The position numbers were made by a program, and so were the translations under genes. Below, in pieces: positions 37,654-46,512 of a stretch of DNA of 64,000 bases. Source of the stretch: Lancefieldella parvula (GTDB lineage: Bacteria > Actinomycetota > Coriobacteriia > Coriobacteriales > Atopobiaceae); NCBI GenBank assembly GCA_023300185.1, contig CP097092.1:1018115-1082114 (forward strand), in the 5' to 3' direction. The notes under the pieces are model-generated. The model did no database searches and was not told the origin of the DNA. It worked only from the letters and a program-made list of their open reading frames with translations. Every line of letters starts with the position of its first letter. The first letter of the stretch is position 1.

Positions 37654-39805
37654 GAGCGATAAGTGCGACGATGTGCTTATACTCTGTTGGCCTCATGCCC
37701 TTAATGGTTGCAGTCATACCTGCAGACTCAACCTGGAAAACACCAGCAGTTCGACCTTCTCTCAGAAGTCTATAAATTTCTGGATCAGTAAACGGAATGT
37801 TATCTACATCGATATCAATACCGTAGTTATCCTTCACGTTTTTGATTGCACGGGAAATAACCGTTAGAGTTCTTAGTCCCAAGAAGTCCATCTTAAGAAG
37901 GCCCATGTCTGCGACAGAGTGACCCTCATACTGCGTAATCTCTACGCCGCCCTTGGTATCTACCTTGGTAGGAACGTGGTCATTTACAGGCGTAGGAGCA
38001 ATCAAAACTGCACAAGCATGCACACCCTCACCACGATGCAAGCCCTCAATAGATAGAGCAGCATCAATGATTCTTCTCGCATCAGGGTCATTCTCGTACG
38101 CATCTTCAAAATCAGCAGAATACTGATCAGCGCCTTTTTGACCTTCTTGAGCCTTATGAAGAACAAACTTAAGGTGAGCGTTAGGATCACCAGGAATCAT
38201 CTTAGAGAGGCGCTGACCCATATAAACGGGGTAACCCAGAACGCGGCACGCGTCATTTATTGCCTGTTTTGCCTTGATGGTTGAATACGTAATAACGTGA
38301 GAAACACGATCAGATCCATAAATCTGACGAACATGCTCAACAACCTCAAGACGACGCTCATCGTCGAAGTCCATATCAATATCTGGCATCTCAGAGCGCT
38401 GTGGAGACAAAAACCTCTCAAACATGAGGCCATTCTCAAGAGGGTCAAACGAGGTAATATCCATAGCGTATGCAACAATAGCGCCTGCTGCAGAACCACG
38501 ACCAGGACCTACACCAATGCCATTCTCTTTTGCCCAGCGGACATACTCCTGAACAATCAAGAAGTAATCTGCAAAGCCCTTTTTGCAGATGATGTCATAT
38601 TCATACTCAAAACGGTCTTTAACGTTAATCTCATTGATGACAACGTTTTGCCAATCATCTCCATAACGTCTTGCAAGGCCAAGCTCGCACTCTTTTCTAA
38701 AGCGTTCCTCTGAAGTCTCCCCCTCTGCCAAGTCTGGGAACTTTGGCAGGTACATATGGGTCCAGTCCAGCTCATAGTTGCACTTATTTGCAACCTCAAT
38801 GGTGTTCTCGATAGCTTCTGGACACCACGAGAAGATCTGGCGCATTTCTTGCTCACTCTTAAGGTAGAACTCGCTGCCTGTCATGCGCTTGCGGTTCTCA
38901 TCATCAACGCGAGCGCCTGAACCAATGCAGGAAGCAATATCTTGAACGCTTGCGTCTTCTTTAGTGAGATAGTGGTTATCGTTGGTAGCAACTACCTTAA
39001 TACCAAGGTCATGACCCATCTTTACAATGCGTTCTGCAAGAGTTCTATCGGTATATCCGCCCCAACTTGGATCAGACAAACCGTGATCTTGAATCTCTAG
39101 GTAGAAATCATCCCCAAAGATATCTTGATAAATTTTTGCCCAACGCTCTGCTTCTTCTGGGCGACCTTGAAACAACATACGAGGAATGATGCCAGAAACA
39201 CAAGCTGAAGTGCAGATAATGCCCTCGTGATAACGCTTGAGCATCTCAAGCGTAGTGCGTGGCTTGTAATAGAACATATCTTTTGAGCCAGCCTCTGACA
39301 TCATTTTCATCAGATTGACATAGCCGGTCTCATTTTTAGCAAGCAGGATAAGGTGATAACGTACCTGCTTAGTGCCCTTCTCAATGCAATCATCAAGAAT
39401 GAAATAAGCTTCACAGCCAAAAATTGGCTTAATAAGTGGAGAAGGTTTATTGGCCTTTACGGCCTCAATGTCATGTGTTTGATTCCAAATTTGAACGTCA
39501 GAAGCCCACTGAGCATGAACCTTATCATGCTCACCAGCATTGGGATCATCTGCAGGAGGCTCTTCTAAATCCCAACCCTTTTCAAAACATTCCACATCAT
39601 GGCACCACTGGCCAAAGTCTTTAAGCGCCTCATTGTACTTACGGCATGCAAGGTCAAAATCTGGAATTCCAAAGAGATACCCATGATCAGTAAGAGCAAG
39701 TGCTGGCATACCAAACTCTACAGCTTTACTAACCATGTCTGGGACACGGCTAGCTCCATCAAGAATGGAAAAATCTGAGTGGTTGTGGAGGTGAACAAAT
39801 GCCAT
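37631..39805 (-). CDS. dnaE: DNA polymerase III alpha subunit DnaE, N-terminal 724 codons (PHP and palm domains)
   Basis: MAFVHLHNHSDFSILDGA... PHP domain. Ends ...HIVALIALVSSWSS* exactly where ALYRPGP should follow. The frame differs from the downstream fragment by 1 nt. Confidence 0.8.
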   Translation of the reverse strand: MAFVHLHNHSDFSILDGASRVPDMVSKAVEFGMPALALTDHGYLFGIPDFDLACRKYNEALKDFGQWCHDVECFEKGWDLEEPPADDPNAGEHDKVHAQWASDVQIWNQTHDIEAVKANKPSPLIKPIFGCEAYFILDDCIEKGTKQVRYHLILLAKNETGYVNLMKMMSEAGSKDMFYYKPRTTLEMLKRYHEGIICTSACVSGIIPRMLFQGRPEEAERWAKIYQDIFGDDFYLEIQDHGLSDPSWGGYTDRTLAERIVKMGHDLGIKVVATNDNHYLTKEDASVQDIASCIGSGARVDDENRKRMTGSEFYLKSEQEMRQIFSWCPEAIENTIEVANKCNYELDWTHMYLPKFPDLAEGETSEERFRKECELGLARRYGDDWQNVVINEINVKDRFEYEYDIICKKGFADYFLIVQEYVRWAKENGIGVGPGRGSAAGAIVAYAMDITSFDPLENGLMFERFLSPQRSEMPDIDMDFDDERRLEVVEHVRQIYGSDRVSHVITYSTIKAKQAINDACRVLGYPVYMGQRLSKMIPGDPNAHLKFVLHKAQEGQKGADQYSADFEDAYENDPDARRIIDAALSIEGLHRGEGVHACAVLIAPTPVNDHVPTKVDTKGGVEITQYEGHSVADMGLLKMDFLGLRTLTVISRAIKNVKDNYGIDIDVDNIPFTDPEIYRLLREGRTAGVFQVESAGMTATIKGMRPTEYKHIVALIALVSSWSS

Positions 39806-40133
39806 CTTTTTCTACGCTCTTCTCTTTGTGCTTCAAAATTTGTTCTTTTACCAAGGGCTCTTAATTTCTTTGTATAGTGTAGCCGATTCGCCAGACAATA
39901 ACTACTAATACAAACATATGTTCTATGTGCTAATACTTCTATTGCCGCTGGTAAATTGGATGAAAATATTTTCTCGCCAATTTCATAACGTCACAAAATC
40001 TCTCTTAGTTGACGTGAACCATCTGTTCAAAAATTTCTCAAAAATAAAAGTTTCAAACTGGTAACTCTTAGACTAGGGACACCTTAATTGGGAATATAGT
40101 TTTTGTATTACCTATTCCAGTTAAGGAGATCAC

Positions 40134-41492
40134 ATGGATCAGATGAAAAGCATTTCCTTTGACGACATTGCAGCGGCTCAGAAGAACTTTGAGTCCGACC
40201 GCGCTCACACAGTAGCTAAGAATGCTGCTACCAGCGCTGGTGTTAGAAAAGCAGCTCGTGTACCAGAAGGTGTTGCCCTTAATCCTCTTACCTTCGATGT
40301 TGAGGTAAAGCAGGGTGACCGCACTAATCAGAAGCGCTCTGGTCGTTGCTGGATGTTTGCATCACTTAATACGTTTAGATACCGCATCATCAAGAAATAC
40401 AACCTCTCCACTTTTGAGCTTTCTCAGGCATACCCACTGTTCTGGGACAAGATGGAGAAGTCCAACTGGTTCCTTGAGAACATTCTGGATACCCTTGATG
40501 AGCCTCTGAATGGTCGTCTTGTATCCTTCCTGCTTACCGACCCAATTGGCGACGGTGGCCAGTGGGATATGTTTAAGAGCCTTGTAAAGAAGTACGGTGT
40601 AGTTCCAAAGAGCGCTATGCCAGAGACTGCTAACTCTTGCAACACCCACGAGATGGACGCGTATCTCACACGTTATCTTCGTAGTGCTGCAAAGCGTCTT
40701 CGTGAGACCGCAACAGCTGGTGAGTCCCTTGAGTCTCTGCGCGAGATGAAGAAAGAGATGATGGAGGACGTCTATACCCTGCTGGTAACTTGCCTGGGTC
40801 AACCTCCTGTATCTTTTGAGGCACGCCTGCGCGATAAGGACGATAACCTCGCCCTTTCTGGCACTTTTACTCCTCAGGAGTTCTTCGCTGAGACTGTTGA
40901 CATGAATCTTGATGATTACATCTCAATCATTTCTGCACCAACCGCAGATAAGCCTTTCAACCACACCTACACCGTTTCTCGCTTGGGCAACGTTGTTGAG
41001 GGTGGCGGCGTTCGTTACCTCAACCTTGAGATTCCTGAGCTCAAGCGCCTCGCTGTGGCTCAGCTTAAGGACAACCTGCCCGTCTGGTTTGGTTGCGACG
41101 TTGCTCAGTCCTACCTTCGTGAAGAGGGCATCATGGACACCCGTGCACTTGACGTTGATGGCCTCTTTGGCTTCCCTGTTGAAGGTGCACTTGACCGCGC
41201 TGAGCGTCTTGACTACGGCGAGTCTCTCATGACTCACGCTATGGTTCTTGAGGGTGTTAACTTTGACGCCGAGGGCAACACTACCCTCTGGAAGGTTGAG
41301 AACAGCTGGGGTAAAGACCACGGCCGCGATGGCTTTGACACCATCTCTGACCCTTGGTTTGACGAGTACGTCTACCAGATTGTTGTTGACAAGAAGTACC
41401 TCACTCCTGAGCAGCTCAAGACCTTTGAGACCGAGGAAGCAACCGTCCTCGAGCCATGGGACCCAATGGGCTCTCTTGCAACACTTCGCTAA
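40134..41492 (+). CDS. pepC: aminopeptidase C (bleomycin hydrolase-like C1 peptidase), paralog 1
   Basis: QKRSGRCWMFASLN catalytic-Cys motif; C-terminal His/Asn region; 452 aa. Confidence 0.85.
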   Translation: MDQMKSISFDDIAAAQKNFESDRAHTVAKNAATSAGVRKAARVPEGVALNPLTFDVEVKQGDRTNQKRSGRCWMFASLNTFRYRIIKKYNLSTFELSQAYPLFWDKMEKSNWFLENILDTLDEPLNGRLVSFLLTDPIGDGGQWDMFKSLVKKYGVVPKSAMPETANSCNTHEMDAYLTRYLRSAAKRLRETATAGESLESLREMKKEMMEDVYTLLVTCLGQPPVSFEARLRDKDDNLALSGTFTPQEFFAETVDMNLDDYISIISAPTADKPFNHTYTVSRLGNVVEGGGVRYLNLEIPELKRLAVAQLKDNLPVWFGCDVAQSYLREEGIMDTRALDVDGLFGFPVEGALDRAERLDYGESLMTHAMVLEGVNFDAEGNTTLWKVENSWGKDHGRDGFDTISDPWFDEYVYQIVVDKKYLTPEQLKTFETEEATVLEPWDPMGSLATLR

Positions 41493-41504
41493 GGCACAAA
41501 CCAT

Positions 41505-41540
41505 CTGGCGAGAAGATCGGTCTTCTCGCCAGGTTTTTCT
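41505..41540 (+). terminator. rho-independent terminator (perfect 13-bp stem ctggcgagaagat / atcttctcgccag plus T-run)
   Basis: Read directly from the sequence, immediately after the pepC-1 stop. Confidence 0.6.
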
Positions 41541-41566
41541 AAACGCTACTAACAAAAGGAGCCGTA

Positions 41567-43036
41567 ATGGCTGATCAGACCGTAAATCCACAGTGGGCAA
41601 ACGAGGAAACTGCTGCTTTCAGCGCAGACCGTGCTAACCGCGTTGCTCGCAACTCCGTAACTTCTATGGGCGTTTCCGCAGCTGCTCGCGACATCACCAC
41701 CATGCGTACCTACGCTGACACCTACGGTGTTGCTGTTGCAAAGACCGGCGACGTCACCAACCAGCGTCAGAGTGGTCGCTGCTGGATGTTCTCTTCTTTC
41801 AACGTGCTTCGTCAGGAGGCAATCAAGAAGCTTGACGTTGATACCTTTGAGTTCAGCCAGGCATACGGCATGTTCTACGACAAGCTTGAGAAGGCAAACT
41901 CTGCACTTGAGTACATCATTCAGACCGCTGACCAGCCAACCGATTCTCGTGTTGTCAACACGCTTCTGACCGAGGGTATTGGCGATGGCGGTTACTATTC
42001 ATTTGCCATGAGCTTGGTTGAGAAGTATGGCCTGGTTCCTAAGGATGCCATGCCAGAGACTGCTTGCTCCAAGAACTCTACACAGATGGACGAGCGCATT
42101 GACCGTCTATTCAGGAAGAGCGCTGGCGAGCTCCGCGCAGCATACGCAGCTGGTAAGTCTCAAGACGAGCTTCGTGCGCTTAAGCAGGAGCAGCTCAAGG
42201 GCTTCCACCAGATTCTTTCCGTCTGCCTTGGCGAGCCACCTCTGACCTTTGACTTTGAGTGCAAGGTTGGCAAAAACGCACAGGTAGACAAGGCAAAGCT
42301 CTCCCCTGTTGAGCCAAATAAGGCTTCTGACAACAAGGACAAGAAGGACGGCGAGAAGGACGAGGAAGGTACCCAGATTCTTCGCGACTTTGGCATTACT
42401 CCTCTTGAGTTTGCTGAGCGCTATTGTGGTGTTGATCCTCGTGGCTTTGTCCAGCTCATTTCTGTTCCAAGCAAGAAGTATCCTTACGGCAAGGTGTATC
42501 ACCCAACCTTCATTGATACCGTTTTGGGCGGCATTAAGACTCGCTTCTTAAACGTCGAGCCAGAGGTTCTTGAGGCAGCTACCATTGCTTCTTTGAAGGA
42601 CGGCAACCCTGTCTGCATGGCCTGCGACGTTATGCAGGAGTTCCCTCGCCACAACGAGGACTTCAACTACGTTCTCTCAACCGACACCATGGATTACAAC
42701 GGCCTCTTTGGCGTTGATTTTGACATGGATCGCGTCTCAATGATTGAGAACTATGAGACTTCTCTTACCCACGCAATGACCTTCCAGGGCGTTGAGCTTG
42801 ATAAGGATGGCAAGGCTAAGCAGTGGCGCATTGAGAACAGCTGGGGTAAGGACTCCGGTAAGGACGGCTACCTCATCATGAGCGCAGACTGGTTCCGCCT
42901 CTACGGCGGCGAGGCTGATGTTCGTCGTCAGTACGTTCCAGAGGACCTGCTCAAGGTTTGGGACGAGGGCGAAGATGTCCAGATTGATTTCTGGGAGAAC
43001 CTTGGCTACTCCCTTGGTGGCCGTAACCGTAAGTAA
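41567..43036 (+). CDS. pepC: aminopeptidase C, paralog 2
   Basis: NQRQSGRCWMFSSFN motif; 489 aa with an inserted K/D-rich segment; tandem to paralog 1. Confidence 0.85.
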   Translation: MADQTVNPQWANEETAAFSADRANRVARNSVTSMGVSAAARDITTMRTYADTYGVAVAKTGDVTNQRQSGRCWMFSSFNVLRQEAIKKLDVDTFEFSQAYGMFYDKLEKANSALEYIIQTADQPTDSRVVNTLLTEGIGDGGYYSFAMSLVEKYGLVPKDAMPETACSKNSTQMDERIDRLFRKSAGELRAAYAAGKSQDELRALKQEQLKGFHQILSVCLGEPPLTFDFECKVGKNAQVDKAKLSPVEPNKASDNKDKKDGEKDEEGTQILRDFGITPLEFAERYCGVDPRGFVQLISVPSKKYPYGKVYHPTFIDTVLGGIKTRFLNVEPEVLEAATIASLKDGNPVCMACDVMQEFPRHNEDFNYVLSTDTMDYNGLFGVDFDMDRVSMIENYETSLTHAMTFQGVELDKDGKAKQWRIENSWGKDSGKDGYLIMSADWFRLYGGEADVRRQYVPEDLLKVWDEGEDVQIDFWENLGYSLGGRNRK

Positions 43037-43166
43037 GGTACGCGCAACCACAGCATACTAAGCACGCACATAAAAGCACCTATGGCCGGTACAGAATTTT
43101 CTGTGCTGGCCATATTGGTCTATACTGAAAAAAAGAGAAGTTCAAGCTTACTTTCTGGAGGCTCTC

Positions 43167-43379
43167 ATGAGAGAAATTTCAAAAGAGCGTGTCATTTTAC
43201 GAGCCACTATCTTGGTGCTCTTTTTATTGATCTGGTATTGCGATTCAAGAGGCATGCTTCCAGAAAACGGCCGCTCCATCCTTACTCTTCTTTTATTTGG
43301 TATTTTTTGGTTTATCGAGGCTAAATTTATTAAACCTACTAGAACAGATCAAAGCGTGCCGCGGAGACCTCGGCTGTAA
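43167..43379 (+). CDS. possible small 2-TM membrane protein (70 aa)
   Basis: GGAGG RBS 5 nt upstream of ATG and two hydrophobic segments, but the ORF overlaps the yigZ 3' end by 40 nt. Confidence 0.25.
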   Translation: MREISKERVILRATILVLFLLIWYCDSRGMLPENGRSILTLLLFGIFWFIEAKFIKPTRTDQSVPRRPRL

Positions 43380-43980
43380 TCTTTCCGGCGCTGAGCTCTG
43401 TCAGCGCATCCGTAAACGTCGCTTCTTCTCCGCACCTAAAGTCTATGGCGAGAAAAACGTCCGCTCCAAACTCTGCCGTTATAACCTTGCCGCCGGTATC
43501 TGAGACCAGACGCTGAATCTGCTCATACAGGTTATACGGAGCCGACAACTCCACCCTCACAACCTGAAGCATTTCCTGAACAGCAGACACTTCCTCTGCA
43601 GCAGCCAAAGCTTCTTGAGTTGCTGCCGTATATGCACGAACAAGTCCACCAGGACCCAAAAGCGTTCCGCCAAAGTAGCGCGTGACAACGCAGCAGACGT
43701 TCTTAAGTCCCGCTCCGCGCAATACCTCCAGCACAGGCATTCCCGCCGTTCTGGAAGGCTCTCCGTCGTCGGAGGCACGCTCTGTACCATCCTCCAAGAT
43801 CCATGCAGGAACGTTGTGGCGAGCGTTATAGTGCTTCGCCCTCACTGTGGCGAGAAACTCTTGTGCTTCTGACTCTGTTTCTACATGACAAAGCTGGGCT
43901 ATGAAGCGGCTTTTTCTGTCTTCAAAGAGACCTTCCGCAACAAAGTCCAGTTTGATTGTCTTGTAGGATGTGTCAGACAT
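43339..43980 (-). CDS. yigZ: YigZ/IMPACT family protein (UPF0029)
   Basis: DDGEPSRTAGMPVLEVL and RYFGGTLLGPGGLVRAY signature blocks. Confidence 0.8.
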   Translation of the reverse strand: MSDTSYKTIKLDFVAEGLFEDRKSRFIAQLCHVETESEAQEFLATVRAKHYNARHNVPAWILEDGTERASDDGEPSRTAGMPVLEVLRGAGLKNVCCVVTRYFGGTLLGPGGLVRAYTAATQEALAAAEEVSAVQEMLQVVRVELSAPYNLYEQIQRLVSDTGGKVITAEFGADVFLAIDFRCGEEATFTDALTELSAGKITAEVSAARFDLF

Positions 43981-44001
43981 AGAACAGCTATAAAGCCGCA
44001 G

Positions 44002-44532
44002 TTATGCGAGCACACAGACCTTCTCGCCAGCAGAAACCGGCTGGTCTGCAGCGGCAAGAATCTCTACGTTGCTGTACTCGCTAGAGTTGGTGATAGCAAG
44101 AATGACCACCTCAGGATGACCCGCGTCCTTAACCTTATCCAGGTCAAAGGTCATGAGTGGCTGACCAACCTCAACGTGCTGATCCTGCTCGACAAGGGCG
44201 GTAAAGCCGTCACCCTTCATCTCAACGGTATCAACGCCCACGTGAATCAAAACCTCTTCGCCAGAATCGGCAGTGATTCCAAATGCGTGAACAGTTGGAG
44301 TAGTTGCGGTAATAGTGCCCGAAACCGGCGCGTACACAACGCCCTCAGAAGGCCAGATACCCAGGCCCTGACCAAGCATGCCACCTGCAAAAACAGGATC
44401 AGGAACGTTCTCTAGCGCAACAACTTTTCCGCTTGCTGGTGCATAAATTGTTTTAGCAGTGTAATCAGAAACAACAAGAGCCTCTGGCGCAGCTGTCTTG
44501 GAAGATTTCTTGAAAAGATCAAAGAGTCCCAT
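44002..44532 (-). CDS. crr: PTS glucose-family EIIA component (Crr-like)
   Basis: PDPVFAGGMLGQGLGIWP...HAFGI...GEEVLIHVGVDTVEMKGDGF (EIIA-Glc His motifs); true start probably MGLFDLFKK. Confidence 0.75.
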   Translation of the reverse strand: MGLFDLFKKSSKTAAPEALVVSDYTAKTIYAPASGKVVALENVPDPVFAGGMLGQGLGIWPSEGVVYAPVSGTITATTPTVHAFGITADSGEEVLIHVGVDTVEMKGDGFTALVEQDQHVEVGQPLMTFDLDKVKDAGHPEVVILAITNSSEYSNVEILAAADQPVSAGEKVCVLA

Positions 44533-44751
44533 GGTAGTCCTTTCGTGTTTAAGCCTCTTTATCATAGCAGCATTCAAAGAGGCAACTGTTGCTTTTCATG
44601 AACACAGCGTGCCAAATTGCGCTTCACTCCGCCTTTTCCGCCTTGCTTCACTGGACATGCGACGAGAAACCCGCGCCTTCGCAACATCTCATTTACTTGG
44701 AGATTGTTTGACTTCAGGAGCTTCTGAGCTTATGAACGTGATACAATCGCC

Positions 44752-45124
44752 CATGCAAAGTGGACCAGACAACCGCGGAGTGCCCGTCCAGCTAAGTGGA
44801 AGGGTGCTATGAGGAAAGTCCGGGCTCCACAGGGCAGGATGCTGGCTAACGGCCAGGCGGGGTGACCCGACGGAAAGTGCCGCAGAAAAGAAGACTCTCA
44901 CCTGCGCATTCGCGTAAAGAGAAAAGCTGAAACGGTAGTGTAAGAGACTACCAGCATGCTGGCAACAGCGTGGCTTGGTAAACCCCATCCGGAGCAAACG
45001 CAAATAGGAGCGCTATGGTGTGGCCCGCACTGCGCTCGGGTTGCGCGCTAGAGACCAGTAGCAATGCTGGTAGTAGATAAATGGTTGTCCGCGACAGAAC
45101 CCGGCTTATACGTCCACTTTGCCT
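44752..45124 (+). ncRNA. rnpB: RNase P RNA, bacterial type A
   Basis: GAGGAAAGTCCGGGCTCC (P4 5' strand), GGTAAACCCCATCCGGAGCAA, ACAGAACCCGGCTTAT (P4 3' strand). The P1 helix gcaaagtggac / gtccactttgc closes the molecule. Confidence 0.9.
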
Positions 45125-45148
45125 ACTGAATGCAAATCCCCCGTGCAT

Positions 45149-45552
45149 TTTCTGTGCGGGGGATTTTGATTCTGCAGCGTGTTAGCGTCGGCTTTTAGGC
45201 CTGGCGCACAAAATAGCGCAGCTTTGGTAGGTTCTGCCGAAGAATCGACATGTTCCTAATCAAGATAGCCAGGCAGCTAGGCGGTCGCACTACCTGATAT
45301 GCATCTCTATGCATAAACTTCATCTAATATGCTTGAAAATGAATAGACGAAATATAAAAAATCTAACTATAGGTAAATTCCGCTTCTAGGGAACACACCT
45401 AAGTCGGATATTCTGCTCAGATTGCGGGCATTTTACACACCTAATGACGATAATCTGCATGTTTGAGGTAATTTCCGCGTAATGTATACGTCTTTTTGAC
45501 AGATTATCCGACTTAGGTGTGTTTTGAACTGCCTCCTATTTCTCGTGTCCAA
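45149..45552 (+). repeat. copy C of the structured repeat element (variant: lacks the left terminal hairpin)
   Basis: Same orientation as copy B. The body is near-identical. It starts ...gcgggggattttgattctgcag and ends with the 44-bp hairpin gaactgcctcctatttctcgtgtccaagaaatgggaggcggttc. The 16-bp direct repeat ttctgtgcgggggatt is present at both borders. It lies 25 nt after the rnpB end. Confidence 0.7.
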
Positions 45553-45567
45553 GAAATGGGAGGCGGT

Positions 45568-46320
45568 TCAATTTCTGTGCGGGGGATTATCTTGTACGAG
45601 GGCATTTTTAGCAAGATATTGTCTGCGACAGCCTACACGACGTTGCAAAATCACATAGCGATTAAGATTGTTGTCTTTGCCATCTGCACTAAATTGCGCA
45701 CAAACTTGCACGTCAGAGCCAAGACTTCCAAGAAGCTCATCAAGCTCCTCTTGCGAGAAATGATGACAATAGCGCCAGGTATTGGCCTTATCTTGCCAGC
45801 CAATCAGATAGTCATGCTCCTCAAGTTCTGATGCATCTATACCCAGCGCACGCAGCCCTTGAGCAGTGGTTTCTTGAGCTTTAGCAGCAAGTTTTTGGCT
45901 GTTCAAAAACTGCCAGAAAGAAACGCACACAAAGCCGCCAGGTTTTGTTTTCTCTAGCAGAGTGCGCAGAAGCTGGGTTCTCTTCTTTGCGCCAGGTACA
46001 TGATGCAAAAAGCCAAACGCAACCACTAAATCACAGGCCGGAACAGTTAACTCAGAAGAGAGCGTGTTATCAAGCAGACTCTTTATCACATCTAGCTCAA
46101 TAAATGCCAGCTCAGAGACATGAGCGCCTACGTCTCCACTCTCCACAAGAGGCTTGCAATTATCTACAGCAAAATACTCTGCAGGAACAAACTCTGCCGC
46201 ATCATACAAAAAGCGAGCAAAGCGCAGGTTTCCGCAACCCATATCAAGTACAGAGAGCTTCTCGCCAGATACAAGCTGAGGCATGGCTTCCAGACACTTC
46301 TGCCAGCCCTGCCAAGGCAT
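45568..46320 (-). CDS. class I SAM-dependent methyltransferase
   Basis: Motif I VLDMGCGNLRFA; acidic motif II; motif III; 250 aa. Confidence 0.7.
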   Translation of the reverse strand: MPWQGWQKCLEAMPQLVSGEKLSVLDMGCGNLRFARFLYDAAEFVPAEYFAVDNCKPLVESGDVGAHVSELAFIELDVIKSLLDNTLSSELTVPACDLVVAFGFLHHVPGAKKRTQLLRTLLEKTKPGGFVCVSFWQFLNSQKLAAKAQETTAQGLRALGIDASELEEHDYLIGWQDKANTWRYCHHFSQEELDELLGSLGSDVQVCAQFSADGKDNNLNRYVILQRRVGCRRQYLAKNALVQDNPPHRN

Positions 46321-46512
46321 CTGTCGTGTGGCCGAGAAACTCTGAGCCTGCTGAGCATAAAACTCAGAGGTAATACGAGCTCAGCCGCTCAGCGGTAGAT
46401 GCGCTGATAGATTGCGCATGTGTTATGTAAGAAGAAGTATCCATACAGAGATTTTACGTCACCGTCTTACTCCTAAAGGCCAGAAGCTCGCCTTATTGCC
46501 TATACTGTTTGT

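Noticed and set aside
36955-37662. 235-aa plus-strand ORF inside dnaE
   Set aside because: Antisense shadow ORF.
40923-41600. 225-aa minus-strand ORF spanning pepC-1 and its terminator
   Set aside because: Antisense. It crosses an obvious intrinsic terminator.
45149-45570. 16-bp direct repeat ttctgtgcgggggatt as a definitive target-site duplication of the repeat element
   Set aside because: The gcgggggatt segment is also element-internal in copies A and B, and those copies show no TSD. The duplication may reflect recombination with a look-alike hairpin, so it is reported only as an open question.
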